64,000 bases of DNA, taken from the NCBI GenBank assembly GCA_002269645.1, contig NIVC01002918.1, positions 62,001 to 126,000 of the forward strand, given 5' to 3'. Position numbers and translations under genes: made by a program. This DNA comes from Macrostomum lignano. Its lineage: Eukaryota. This document shows, piece by piece, positions 26,578 through 39,621 of this stretch; the stretch's first letter is position 1, and each line of letters opens with the position of its first letter. The notes below the pieces were generated by a model, which searched no databases, was not told the DNA's origin, and saw nothing but the letters and a program-made list of their open reading frames with translations.

Positions 26578-28959
26578 CTACTGCTGTGTCTTCTTATCCC
26601 CTTTGTGCAGCAGCGAGGTGAGGTACAGGTTCAGCGCCAGGTCGCTGCCCGCCAGGTTCACATTGAAGCTGCGCCTGCATTTGGGACACCTGGCCTCCAG
26701 CGTGTGTCCCGAGAACTCCGACACCAGAGACTCCCTTTTGCAGAGCGGGCACCTGTACTTGCATGTCTGCAGACCCTTCAAGGACTTAAACAGTCTCTCA
26801 GCGACGCCCGGTCCGCGCTCTTTGAAGGCGGCTCTCTCGGCCTCAGTCAGCTGCTCCTCGGTCCAGAACACATCGATGAACTTCATCCTGAGCACGGCTG
26901 CGCTCTGCACTCTGAAGAAGCCGCCGTCGCCCCAGCCGGAGCCCCACGAGTTCATCAGCCTCAGGCTGTGTCTGTCGAAGCTCAGCAGCACCACCGCGTG
27001 TCCGAACAGCTCAGAGTCTCCCCGAGCTCCGAGTCCACCGGTGAGGTCGGCCTGAGTGAGAATGCCTTCGGGATTTTGCTTGAAGAACTGCTTGAAGCTG
27101 CCCCACTCGCTCTTAGTGAGGTGGAACCTCGCCACGACTGGCTGCTTGGCGATGACGGCGTCCAGCGCGGCTTTCTCATCGACCTCCTTGCACTGCAGCC
27201 GGTACTCCGGACACACTGTCCGCAGCACCTCGACTGTGCGGGCTCTGCGCTGTCCGAACTGAGCGACGATCTCGTCTCTGAGCTGGAAGAAGTCTGGATA
27301 TCCGCCGTCCCGACCCACAACCCTGAGCATGCTCAGGTGCATGACGGTCGCCGACGCGACTGCATAGCAGGTGAGCTCCGACTGTCGCTGCGGCTCGAAG
27401 CCCTCGTTGGCCCTGTTGATGTACAGATCGAGGTCCACGTCGGCCAGCACGTCCGACAGCGCGTCCTGCGAGCACACGCAGCTCTTGGCGATGTCGCAGA
27501 CCTCATCGATGAGGTCGGGGTGATTGATCTGGAAGAACAGTCGGGTCTCATTGTTGTCGGTGTCGATTGTCCAGCCCTTTCGGATGAACAGGGTTCTGGG
27601 GATCTTCTGGGTGGAGACTGTCGAGGCCATGTCGAACATGAACTTTGCAGGTCGATTCCAGCCGCTGTCGAGTGTGCTGTAGAGCCGTCGCGGGTCAGAG
27701 ATGTCTCTGTCCGTGATGAAGCAGGACACGACCGTCACCCCGAGATTGTGCAGTGCCTGTCGCATCTCAGTGTCTCGGCTGCCGCTGTTGTCCGACGGCG
27801 CTCCATCAGAAAGGATGAAGAGCAGCTTGAACTCAGTTTTGTGTTTCTCGCTACAAAAAATATTTTCAGACGTCTCGAGAGCCTGCATCAGCGGGGTGCC
27901 TCCGTAGATGAAGGGTTCGATGGTGTCAATGAGCTCGTTGATTCGCTGGTCAGTCAGCTCAGCGTCTTCGTTACAGGAGCGCAGGATTTTCTGAGCTTCA
28001 TCTGGGGCAAAGACTGACAAAGGAGTCAGTGCAGTGAGATTTGCAGTGAGATTTTTCGTCAGTGCTCTGAGATCTTCAGCCAGTGCAGTGAGACTTGTAC
28101 TCAATGGCCTCAGCTCATTCTCCGCTCTCCTTCTTTCTGCTTCTTCTTCAATTCGAAATTTGTCGTTAAGGAAGTTTTCACATTTGTTCACAACAGCTCT
28201 TACTTCGGAGTCCGTCCCCAGCAACGGGTCTTCAGACCCCACAAACGAACCAAGAAATCCAGAAGTGACTCTCGCGGCTTCGCTCGCCCAGTGAAAATAT
28301 CGGCACTGCTCTGGCAGATAATCATCAACAACTTTTCGTTTGAATTCCGAGTCGGTTTGCAGAGCGTCCAGAATGACGCAGGCAGTTCGCTTGTCGCTTA
28401 TATTCCTGTCCACCATGTCCGCTGTGGCCCAACTCCGAACTCTCGGCGCTCCACTGGACTCAAGGATGGAGAGAGCTCGGTCAATGATATTTTCCTTTGA
28501 AGAATATTCAAGCCTATTTATTCGGTCTTCATACTCCTGCTTCTTTCTTCTGGCCTCATCTTCCAGCTCCTGCTTTTTCCTATCCAGTTCTTGCTTTCCC
28601 CTCTCCAGCTCTTGCTTTTTACGGTCCAGCTCTGGTTTTCTCCTCTCCAGCTCTTCCCTTTTTCTCTGCCCAGCCTCCAGTGAGGCCAAGATGTCGAACA
28701 CTGTGGGCTGTGACTCAGCTCCCACGCCGCCCAGGAACACCTGGTTGGTCGGTGACACGTCGTGCTCGACCAGCTGGTCGGCCACCTGGAAGATGGAGCG
28801 GACCCACTTGTTCTTCGATGCGTAGCTGGCCGCGCCCGCTGCCTGCTGGCAGTCGAAGCTGCGCTGCATGGAGCCGGAGACGTCCAGCAGAGCTCCGGTG
28901 AGCACCGACCTCACGTGACGCTCCTGCAGTTGCGGTGGAAAGTTCAGCTTGACATGCAA
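26578..28959 (-). CDS. Intronless vWA domain + coiled coil + papain-like (C1-type) protease + C-terminal zinc ribbon (793 aa)
   Basis: MIDAS DVSGS...GGTPL...SDG; QRQSELTCYA (Q, C), GHAVVL (H), MNSWG..WG..GFF (N); CPLC...CPKC. Confidence 0.85.
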   Translation of the reverse strand: MHVKLNFPPQLQERHVRSVLTGALLDVSGSMQRSFDCQQAAGAASYASKNKWVRSIFQVADQLVEHDVSPTNQVFLGGVGAESQPTVFDILASLEAGQRKREELERRKPELDRKKQELERGKQELDRKKQELEDEARRKKQEYEDRINRLEYSSKENIIDRALSILESSGAPRVRSWATADMVDRNISDKRTACVILDALQTDSEFKRKVVDDYLPEQCRYFHWASEAARVTSGFLGSFVGSEDPLLGTDSEVRAVVNKCENFLNDKFRIEEEAERRRAENELRPLSTSLTALAEDLRALTKNLTANLTALTPLSVFAPDEAQKILRSCNEDAELTDQRINELIDTIEPFIYGGTPLMQALETSENIFCSEKHKTEFKLLFILSDGAPSDNSGSRDTEMRQALHNLGVTVVSCFITDRDISDPRRLYSTLDSGWNRPAKFMFDMASTVSTQKIPRTLFIRKGWTIDTDNNETRLFFQINHPDLIDEVCDIAKSCVCSQDALSDVLADVDLDLYINRANEGFEPQRQSELTCYAVASATVMHLSMLRVVGRDGGYPDFFQLRDEIVAQFGQRRARTVEVLRTVCPEYRLQCKEVDEKAALDAVIAKQPVVARFHLTKSEWGSFKQFFKQNPEGILTQADLTGGLGARGDSELFGHAVVLLSFDRHSLRLMNSWGSGWGDGGFFRVQSAAVLRMKFIDVFWTEEQLTEAERAAFKERGPGVAERLFKSLKGLQTCKYRCPLCKRESLVSEFSGHTLEARCPKCRRSFNVNLAGSDLALNLYLTSLLHKGDKKTQQ

Positions 28960-29629
28960 AACCTTTTAGCTACAAAATGTGTGTTTAAAATCTGTAGAAC
29001 ATGAAGTAGTGCTCATTTATGTGGTTCATTGTATAATGAAATGATTTCAATTCATAAATTCTATAAAGGTGCTTTTGAACCCATTAATTATTTCTTGTAT
29101 TATTGTACTTTTAATTCTATTTTAGCGTCTGATACATAAATAACTTTATTATAAAATATTTGTACTTAGTGAATTTAAGATATAGAAATTATGATAATGA
29201 AAAAATATTTCATTCTGTTCAAGAGAGGAAGAACAACCAGTTCATTCTGTTTAATTTTTCCTAAATTTCGGAAAGCAGAAAATTCGTGCAGCTTACCATT
29301 GAGAATCCTTTCAATTTTTTTTCTCAAGTTGTGGCTTAACTGAAGGAGAACTGGCAGCACTGACTGGATTAATTCAAATTTTGTATAAAATAATTATCGC
29401 AGCAAATAGAAAATGGGAATATTCAATTAGGCCCAATAGTTAAGGTAAATGGAAAATATTTCTAATATGCTTTAACAAATAGCATTCAAACGTTGATTTC
29501 CTTCCAGTGAAATTAACGTTTGTTTTAATAAGTTAAAAAATCCGGAAAAATTATTTAGAATTTGAAACAGTATCATGCACTGGTTGTGCGAGATTGAGTG
29601 AGTGCTGACCGGGTGCGCCTTCACCTCTG

Positions 29630-30725
29630 CAGTGTACATTGCATCATTCGCCTCCACCTCACTAATGCAGCATCACATCATTCACCTTCTCCTCACTAAT
29701 GCAGCATTGCATCATTCACCCCACCTCACTAATGCAGCATTGCATCATTCGCCTCCACCTCACTAATGCAGCATTGCATCATTCGCCTTCACCTCACTAA
29801 TGCAGCATTGCATCATTCGCCTTCACCTCACTAATGCAGCATTGCATCATTCGCCTTCACCTCACTAATGCAGCATTGCATCATTCGCCTCCACCTCACT
29901 AATGCAGCTTTACATCAGTCGCATTCACCTCACTAATGCAGCATCACATCATTCGCCTCAACCTCACTAATGCAGCATTGCATCACTCGCATTCACCTCA
30001 CTAATGCAGCATTGCATCATTCGCCTTCACCTCACTAATGCAGCATTGCATCATTCGCCTTCACCTCACTAATGCAGCATTGCATCATTCGCCTTCACCT
30101 CACTAATGCAGCATTGCATCATTCGCCTTCACCTCACTAATGCAGCATCACATCATTCGCCTTCACCTCACTAATGCAGCTTTACATCAGTCGCATTCAC
30201 CTCACTAATGCAGCATCACATCATTCGCCTCAACCTCACTAATGCAGCATTGCATCACTCGCATTCACCTCACTAATGCAGCATTGCATCATTCGCCTTC
30301 ACCTCACTAATGCAGCATTGCATCATTCGCCTTCACCTCACTAATGCAGCATTGCATCATTCGCCTTCACCTCACTAATGCAGCATTGCGTCATTCGCCT
30401 TCACCTCACTAATGCAGCATTGCATCATTCGCTTCCACCTCACTATGCAGCATTACATCATTCGCCTTCACCTCACTAATGCAGCATCACATCATTCACC
30501 TTCACCTCACAAATGCAGCATTACATCAGTCGCCTTCACAACACTAATGCAGCATTGCGTCATTCGCCTCCACCTCACTAATGCAGCATTGCATCATTCG
30601 CTTCCACCTCACTATGCAGCATTACATCATTCGCCTTCACCTCACTAATGCAGCATCACATCATTCACCTTCACCTCACAAATGCAGCATTACATCAGTC
30701 GCCTTCACAACACTAATGCAGCTAA
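29630..30725. repeat. 34-bp minisatellite (~30 copies)
   Basis: CACCTCACTAATGCAGCATTGCATCATTCGCCTT. Confidence 0.95.
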
Positions 30726-30904
30726 TTAACTAATGGTTAACCACTTGCAGTCATGGCAGATTCTATTCACAGCACATTGCATTAAAAAATTTACAAGTCA
30801 GTAAACATTAAAATAACATTAATCAAATTCGATAAATAACTGCGATTCACAGAGATGCCTTAGGGAAAAGAAAGTACATTGCAGTGTAAAAGTACACTCA
30901 CTAT

Positions 30905-31115
30905 AAAATTGCAGGCCGCTAAAATGGCAGCGGAGCCGGCGTGCACCTACAAAGCATCGCGCAGCTCGGCAGTGGAGGCGCAGACTTCTGCCTCTGCGCC
31001 TCAGGCGGCCAGGTCTCCGCTCGGCGCAGCTTGATGCTATCCAGCAGCTCCGCCTCATCCTGGAGCGCCAGGTCGACCGGGCCCAGCCAGCTGCGGAAGC
31101 GGCGCTGCTGCAAGT
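30905..31115 (-). pseudogene. Degenerate partial duplicate of the SPT3-like last exon
   Basis: RRFRSWLGP...LLDSIKLRRAETWP matches 43323-43560, with deletions. Confidence 0.75.
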
Positions 31116-31133
31116 GACTTGGCTGGAAAGCTG

Positions 31134-31455
31134 CTACTCTGATTGGAAATCTGCTACTCTGATTGGAAATCTGCGACTCTGATTGGAAATCTGCGACTCT
31201 GATTGGAAATCTGCGACTCTGATTGGAAATCTGCGACTCTGATTGGAAATCTGCGACTCTGATTGGAAATCAGCGACTCTGATTGGAAATCTGCGACTCT
31301 GATTGGAAATCTGCGACTCTGATTGGAAATCTGCGACTCTGGTTAGAAATCTGCGACTCTGGTTAGAAATCTGCGACTCTGATTGGAAATGTGCGACTCT
31401 GGTTAGAAATCTGCGACTCTGGTTGGAAATCTGCGACTCTGATTGGAAATCTGAC
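31134..31455. repeat. 20-bp minisatellite
   Basis: CTGCGACTCTGATTGGAAAT; related to the 43815-44900 array. Confidence 0.95.
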
Positions 31456-32695
31456 AATCGAGAAATCTGTTTGGAAAGTTGAGGATGATTTAACAACTTC
31501 TCGTGTTATTTTCTCGAATTCATCCTAAAATTGCTAACTACCTTGACTTATTGATTTACGAGCCTCGTATAATGTTTAAGGGTCTCCAACCCAGCTACAA
31601 AGATACAATAGGGATACGATCGATCAATAGTAGTATAAATTGGCATTTTATTGTTATTAGTTGTAGCACGTACTAAAACAGAATCACCAAATATATTTAT
31701 ACAGAGCTACCTCTCATTTATTCAAAATCTGTTTGCTTAATGATTTTCTTAGTTATGAATGTTGATCAGCGAAGGCTGAGGGGGTTAATAATTATTATTC
31801 ACATGTAAGTTCTTGTTTTGCTGACGACTAGAAACTTAAATTCATATAGAAGGTCGAATGCAGTCTTTGAAGCCCTCAGCAGTCAGCAGCTCGCCTCTGA
31901 CTGACGCCCCATCGGATTTGCCAATCACACCGAGCGTCTGTTGGGTAGCGTTGGGATTTCGGCATGGCATGTGGCTTTGTGAATAATAATAAGCTGGTTG
32001 CAAACAGACTTTCATGCTGTAACTGCTGTTGTAGCAGTGCCTAATGCTTGCGAGGCAATGACAAGGGTGCCTGGAATGAAGCATTGCGTTGAGCAGTGAT
32101 CTTTTTCTGAAATGAAAGTGAAATTTTGGAAACAATTATGAGCAGCACCTGCATCGGCTGATGTATTGGGGGAGAGGCTTCAGCTTCACAGCGTCCAAAG
32201 TCTGTCATGAGCATAGGAGTGAGACCGCATAGCAGCAAATGCAGAAGTTTTGACACCCTGAATGTCTCCCTGCTGCACTGCTGCTCAGATCGGCTTATCT
32301 GAGTCCATGATCTGCGGTCAGACTGAGACTGCGATAACCCTGTGTGCAGCGGTAGTGAAAAGCCCGCCAAGAGAAAAGTAAGAGAGGGGCAGTGCAGGTG
32401 GGCATGACAACCAACTATGAGTTTACAAGGGCAACCAAAAGAAACGGTTTCCACAAAACATTCACTGGCGTCTTGGCTGCTGTTTTCATTTTGCGACAGA
32501 CCTTTCTGATACGAGCGGCACACGCGGCACAGTGAGGGACCAGACGGAATTTCGGACTTCGGAACTTCAAACGTGAAACGAACGTACATTGAGCTGCCTC
32601 ATTGGCATGCGCATTGGATCTGCATAAAGGCTGTGGAACTCAAATTTCAGTTAAAGTTGCTCCGGCTCTGTAGGCACTTAAAAGCAGAAGTAAAA

Positions 32696-34048
32696 ATGAC
32701 GGAGAAGCTTGCAGAGATCAGCGACGTTCTGGCGGGAATTCGAGATGCCGTCCAGACGCTGAGGTCTATCGGAGGTAAGAGTGATGAGCTGCTGAAGGTT
32801 ACTGAGCTCACCAAGGCTCAAGCCAGCGAGGTGGAGCAGCTGAAGCTGGCCAAGGAGCCTCATCGGGAGGAACTGCAGCCACAACTTGACGGACTGAGTC
32901 TCTTTCTCAAGAAACTGAAGAAAGAGCTCAAGAGAGTGCAGGTAACGGGATCTCACCTAGAGGTTTGGATAAACAGTTTTGAAAGGCAGATCGATGAGTT
33001 TGAGACATTCTGGAAGGCCAGGATCCAGGCCAATATTGAGCCAGATTTGCTCAAACAGCTCTGTGAAAAGCTGGACCAGCTGCACACAATGGCCTGTGAT
33101 TTCTCGGAATCGCTCGCGACCTTCACCGGTCAGCTGAGCAAGTCGCAGGAGCTCGCCAAAACTCTGTCTGACGGGCTGAGTCAGATACAGAAGGGTTCGA
33201 GCAGGCAGGCAGGCCAAGCACAGCTGCTCGGGCTGATTGCTTGCGCAACAGTCGGAGCCCTCGGTCTCGCGGCACTTCACTTCTTCGATGGCGGAGCTGC
33301 TTTTATCGCCAGCTTTGCCACAGGCATTTTGCTGGGCAGCGCGGCCGTGAAAACAGCGACGGATTTGAAGGAGCGGCGAGAGCGAGCCAGGTGCGCTGGT
33401 GCCTGCCGCAGGAAGCTGGACTCGGTCCACAGAATGCTGCGGATCGGCTGCGACACCGCCAGGACCATCCAGGTGGACGAGGCAGCCATCAAGGCGTTGC
33501 GGACTGCTCTGCAGTTTTTCACTCGAGACGTGGAGAGGGACGACCGCATCGCTCAGCTGGAGACGGAAGGCTTTGAGAAGGACGACCGCATTGCTCAGCT
33601 GGAGACGGAAGGCCTTGAGAAGGACGACCGCATCGCTCAGCTGGAGACGGAAGGCCTTGAGAAGGACAACCGCATCGCTCAGCTGGAGACGGAAGGCGTT
33701 GAGAAGGACGATCGCATCGCTCAGCTGGAGACGGAAGGCCTTGAGAAGGACGACCGCATCGCTCAGCTGGAGACGGAAGGCCTTGAGAAGGACGACCGCA
33801 TCGCTCAGCTGGAGACGGAAGGCGTTGAGAAGGACGACCGCATCGCTCAGTTGGAGAAGGAAAATGCCGAGTTGAAAATAATGAGGAATCGACCAAGTGA
33901 AAAGACGTCACGCAATGAGCTGGAGTTCGAGAATCAATTTCTAGGCGAATGCTACGCAATGGTGAGAAGCTTAGTGACTCGCTTGAACAAAGCCCTTGGA
34001 TTAGCCGTATTTGCCAATGGCAACGACAAATTTACCTTCTCGTCATGA
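32696..34048 (+). CDS. Intronless coiled-coil protein with hydrophobic hairpin and eight 14-aa repeats (~450 aa)
   Basis: ATG at 32696 (AAAAATG); hydrophobic segment LLGLIACATVGALGL...FATGILLGSAAV; (EKDDRIAQLETEGL)n; GC3-rich coding pattern. Confidence 0.7.
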   Translation: MTEKLAEISDVLAGIRDAVQTLRSIGGKSDELLKVTELTKAQASEVEQLKLAKEPHREELQPQLDGLSLFLKKLKKELKRVQVTGSHLEVWINSFERQIDEFETFWKARIQANIEPDLLKQLCEKLDQLHTMACDFSESLATFTGQLSKSQELAKTLSDGLSQIQKGSSRQAGQAQLLGLIACATVGALGLAALHFFDGGAAFIASFATGILLGSAAVKTATDLKERRERARCAGACRRKLDSVHRMLRIGCDTARTIQVDEAAIKALRTALQFFTRDVERDDRIAQLETEGFEKDDRIAQLETEGLEKDDRIAQLETEGLEKDNRIAQLETEGVEKDDRIAQLETEGLEKDDRIAQLETEGLEKDDRIAQLETEGVEKDDRIAQLEKENAELKIMRNRPSEKTSRNELEFENQFLGECYAMVRSLVTRLNKALGLAVFANGNDKFTFSS

Positions 34049-36619
34049 AGCGAACTGTGACGCGGTTAGAGTTATGGATATATTTACCCTGAAAGTCAAA
34101 AAGCATGTAGATTAACTTCCTTAACTCCAGATAAACCCAGGATAGTATGCGATCCATTGAAAACGAGTGTTAATCTTGAAAGGAAATAAACGAAAAGTAA
34201 ATTTTGGTTTTACCGCAATTTAACTTTCTAAAGCGAATTTGATTTTATTAAACACATTAACTTTGTAGCTTAATTTCTATTAACAAACTGGTAAATCAAT
34301 GTAAATTTACCCTCCGTAAAGTAAAGTGACAGAAAGTAACGTCAAGTAACGTTCATTTATCTAAAATTACGTTAATCAACCTTCAGGCTATTAGTTATAT
34401 AGAATCCCCTATATTAACCTTTTTTCAATGGGGAGCTTCTTTGTGCTCATCTCATCTTAGTTATTGATCACTTCAGCTAAATTCACGGGTCAGTAAGAGA
34501 ATGAGACCAAGTGGTGCTGAATCACTGCTTTTGACGGCAATTTTTTATTATAAACTCAACTCGTCCATGTAGAAATGTCTTCACCGCTACTTTCAGCAGA
34601 GCGCATTGTCGCTTGAGCGAACTTCTCCACTGCTAAGGAAAATATTCGATATCAAATTATCGAAGATAATGCTTGGGGTGGAGCAGACAAACAAGACTCA
34701 GCCAATTACGAGCTAGAATTTAGCAGGCTGCGTGCACTGATAGGGTGGCGGAAGCCAACGTACACAACAGTAATTCACAGCACGTGTACCATAACTATAT
34801 ACAGATGATTTTCATGTACAGACAGGTACATTGTTCAGGTTAAAAAATTTCCGTAGCAGGCGGCAGTTGATAGCACCATTTATTATCAGTAAGCATGAAT
34901 ATATCAGAACCACTAGTGAAGTTCTGGAATGGCAACAATCTAAACGCCATGCTAAGGGCCAAGGCATTTTGCAAGTAAACGCATACTAGACCAGATTTAC
35001 TGGTCATGTTGCACCCATCTTGCCGATCCATGGCCAAAACAAACAGCGCCGTTGTTACACTTTAGACTATCCGGGGTTTTTTTGTCTGGCCCGTATATCC
35101 GAACGCACTTACGATATCCGCCCGGATACTGCCAAGCAAAAAACCTGCTTTGTTTTCTCCTTCCCGGATATCTTGAGCTGCTTTGCATTGTCCGGGCACT
35201 TTGAGATGTCTCTCCCGGACATCCTACGGCACTGACTCTGCTATCCGACCCGGAGATCACAAGAAGGGAAGTTGTCTTAGGACATCCGACTGTAGGTTGA
35301 AAGAGAGGGGTCTGTCTGAAGAGACAGAGGTTTGCTTTAGGACATCCGGCTACTGATATCCGGGGTTTGGAATAGCAAAATTTCGAAATCAATTTTCACA
35401 AAGTAGAAAAAATTTTGCTAATTTTTCAATTGGCAAACATCTGCGTCATGCTTCTTTAACCGAGTATATTTTCAATCACTATTTCGCATTTCCCACTCCA
35501 AAAAGAAATAAATTAAAGCTACCATTGTCAACCGAAAAACAGTTTGTTACTCCATTCACCAATCTAATTCGATAAATAAAAAACTGGCGATCCGCTGAAT
35601 GAAGCTTGATGAGTCACGGCCTTCTTCCGATGCTTTGATTGGGATGCCTTCCGTTTTCACATTTTGAGAAACCAACCAGCTGATAAGTACGAGCTATTTT
35701 TGCCGAGACATTTGATGATTTGGTAGACCCGCGAACTCCACCTCTTCTGCAGATTCGTATCTCACTCTTTTGTACTGGAATGTTCCGGCAGCTTAACCTG
35801 CTCGTCGCTAAAAACAGAAAAAACTTGATTTAGCGTTACTTTAGCCATCGAATGAATTTTTTTTCCAAAACGTAGGACGTGGACAAGAAGTATATTCCAA
35901 CTATCTGAAAGAATAGGTGTATTATAATTTGCGCAACACATTACTTTGAGGGTTATTAGCTCGTACACTGATATTCATGACATGTACGCTTGTACGGTAC
36001 TTTTAACAACAGTCTATTATCGATTTATTTTTAGACTGCATCTCATCTGCCCCTCCAAGCAGCTTAATGATGTCCTTCTGCCCCACATATTCACATGCGC
36101 CTTATCTTGTAATTTGACTAACTTGCCACCCAATCTTTACTCACCCCGGACAATTTAAGACCCAGGATATTTCAAAGCCCGATTTTGTTGTGCCTTGGAT
36201 TATCCAGGGTAGGTTATCGCAAAGCGACAATAATTTTGCTTTGCGATGTCCCCCGGACAAATTAAGACCCCGGTGAACAGAAAGCCTAACACCGTTTTAC
36301 AAGGCGATCCATCTGAGCATTGCCCTTGATGCTTCGGACGTGCGCGACTGGACGTACGTACGAGCGTACTAAAAGATCCCTTAATGACAACAATGGAAAT
36401 GAATTTGCTCCGCTGGCATTAGCCGTGGAGACAGCTAGCGCCAGCGTCAGTACCGGTCGTGGCAGTAGCCAGTCTCGAACTCAGACCCTCCAGATTATAG
36501 ATATTATGGTTAATTAGTGTTTTGGCCTCAGCATCCAGCCCTTGCTTTTAGAGCATCCAGTCAGAATTTTTCAGTGGGCGTCTTTGCTGGTGCACCGTAT
36601 CGTTTGAAGGGCGCCTTGC

Positions 36620-36860
36620 CTTTTCAATGGCTACACCCTGCTCTTGAGCTCCGTTTTCCCTGCCGAGCTCCCAGAGAGGCCAGGATGTCGAACGATATCG
36701 TTAGTTTTTCGGTGACACGTCGTGCTCGACCAGCTGGTTGGCCACCTGGAAGATGGAGCGGACCCACTTGTTCGTCGATACGTATCTGCTGGCAGTCGAA
36801 GCTTCGCTGCATGGAGCCGGGCACGTCCAGCAGAGCTCCGGTGAGCACCGACCTCACGTG
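36620..36860 (-). pseudogene. Fragment duplicating the 5' (vWA) end of the 26578-28959 gene
   Basis: RSVLTGALLDVPGSMQRSFDCQQ, with the MIDAS serine changed to proline and an internal deletion. Confidence 0.85.
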
Positions 36861-37874
36861 GTGGCACTCTACTCAGAATTCGATAATTTCAATGACTGTT
36901 TGAACCGATAGAGGTATAAGTTAAAGCCTTTTATAGCTCGCATTCGATTGCCTACTTACAAGTAGTGTAAAGTGACCGCATTTGAATTGCTTCGATATTG
37001 CTAAAATGCAGCTGATTTTTATAATACTACATCGTGCATACAATGTACGAGCAAATACAAAGTACAATGCGTGTCAGTTATATCACTGTGTGACCCACGA
37101 AACAAACAGTAAATATGGAGCGGATAATTCATTGCGATACTTGTTGAAAATACGCTGGTTGTTACCGGACTTATTTACTCATTTAGTATTTTTAGATGAG
37201 TAAATATTCCTCTACAAGCAGGTGAAACTCATCTGCAGTGTATGAGACCTGCCGAGAGCCCAAAGGACATTGCCAAGCAAGACGGAACTTTCGTCAGGAC
37301 TAAAAATAAAAGCATTCCGACTGCCCGTCGCCCCATCAGCAGGATAGAAGTCCAGCTCTCACATCACGTGCCTCTGCTGAGTAGCCGTACAGCCTGCAAA
37401 ACACTAATTTCTGTACAAAGCATTTTTACTTTTTCTGCTTGCTGCCTGGCATTGCTTGTCATGCAAAAGGGAACTTCGTCAGTGCTCTGGGGAGAAGCTC
37501 TGCATCTCTGTGCTTTACAATCCTTTAAATGCACGTTTTTGAGCGCAATTCTGGGTGCCAAAATGTACGCGTTTTAGGCTGAGCGTACAAATGCGGCCGT
37601 GCATTTTTGAGGCGCGCAGATGAATTGCAGATGAATTATTTTTTTTTGTCTTCCGCTAAACGATTCAGTCAGGCTTGGCAGGTTTTGCTTTTGCTGAATA
37701 AATGAATAATTAAGCCAGTTTTAATTGTTTTGCTTACAAAGCTGTGAAACACTGATTGACTGCAGGTAAATTAAGCGGACAGATGGCTCGTAAATATGCA
37801 ACTGCAGTAATCTAAAAATCAGAAGGGCTCTTCACATCCAAGCCTAGAAATAGGAACATCTACTGCTGCCTGCG

Positions 37875-39430
37875 TGATCATAGATCTTGATTCACGATTT
37901 GGTCATAGATCTTGACTCCCGATTCGGTCATAGATCTTGACTCCCGATTCGGTCATAGATCTTGATTCCCGATTCGGTCATAGATCTTGATTCCCGATTC
38001 GGTCATAGATCTTGATTCCCGATTCGGTCATAGATCTTGACTCCCGATTCGGTCATAGATCTTGATTCCCGATTCGGTCATAGATCTTGATTCCCGATTC
38101 GGTCATAGATCTTGACTCCCAAATCGGTCATAGATCTTGATTCTCGATTCGGTCATATATCTTGATTCCCGATTCGGTCATAGATCTTGATTCCCGATTC
38201 GGTCATAGATCTTGATTCCCGATTCGGTCATAGATCTTGATTCCCGATTCGGTCATAGATCTTGACTCCCGATTCGGTCATAGATCTTGATTCCCGATTC
38301 GGTCATAGATCTTGATTCCCGATTCGGTCATAGATCTTAACTCCCGATTCGGTCATAGATCTTGATTCTCGATTCGGTCATAGATCTTGATTCCCGATTC
38401 GGTCATAGATCTTGATTCCCGATTCGGTCATAGATCTTGATTCCCGATTCGGTCATAGATCTTGATTCCCGATTCGGTCATAGATCTTGATTCCCGATTC
38501 GGTCATAGATCTTAACTCCCGATTCGGTCATAGATCTTGATTCTCGATTCGGTCATAGATCTTGACTCCCGATTCGGTCATAGATCTTGATTCCCGATTC
38601 GGTCATAGATCTTGATTCCCGATTCGGTCATAGATCTTGACTCCCGATTCGGTCATATATCTTGATTCCCGATTCGGTCATAGATCTTGATTCCCGATTC
38701 GGTCATAGATCTTAACTCCCGATTCGGTCATAGATCTTGATTCTCGATTCGGTCATAGATCTTGATTCCCGATTCGGTCATAGATCTTGACTCCCGATTT
38801 TATCATAAAAACTTAGTTCCCTATTCGGTCATAGATCTTGATTCCCGATTCGGTCATAGATCTTGACTCCCGATTCGGTCATAGATCTTGATTCCCGATT
38901 CGGTCATAGATCTTGATTCCCGATTCGGTCATAGATCTTGATTCCCGATTTGGTCATAGATCTTGATTCCCGATTCGGTCATAGATCTTGATTCCCGATT
39001 CGGTCATAGATCTTGATTCCCGATTCGGTCATAGATCTTGATTCCCGATTCGGTCATAGATCTTGACTCCCGATTTTATCATAAAAACTTAGTTCCCTAT
39101 TCGGTCATAGATCTTGACTCTCGATTCGGTCATAGATCTTGATTCCCGATTCGGTCATAGATCTTGATTCCCGATTTGGTCATAGATCTTGATTCCCTAT
39201 TCGGTCATAGATCTTGATTCCCGATTCGGTCATAGATCTTGATTCCCGATTCGGTCATAGATCTTGATTCCCGATTCGGTCATAGATCTTGATTCCCGAT
39301 TCGGTCATAGATCTTGACTCCCGATTTTATCATAAAAACTTAGTTCCCTATTCGGTCATAGATCTTGATTCCCGATTCGGTCATAAATCTTGATTCCCGA
39401 TTTTATCATAAATACTTAGTTCCTAATTCG
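37875..39430. repeat. 25-bp minisatellite (~60 copies)
   Basis: GATTCGGTCATAGATCTTGATTCCC. Confidence 0.95.
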
Positions 39431-39621
39431 GTCATAGACTCCTCCTTCTCGATTTGGTCACAAAGACTTCGTTCCCGATTCGTGAAAGAATTTCTGTTTT
39501 TAACAAATAACTGAAAACAGTGATTTTGTAAAAAAACATCTCCGTTCAACACTAAATGATTAAGAAGTTCCAATTTATAGAGTAATCTTAGCTTAAGCAT
39601 AAAAGACAGACAAATAATCGG

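Noticed and set aside
35030-35380. Cluster of ATCCGG/CCGGA(T/C)A motifs as a MITE or regulatory array
   Set aside because: I could not define TIRs, a TSD or a regular period.
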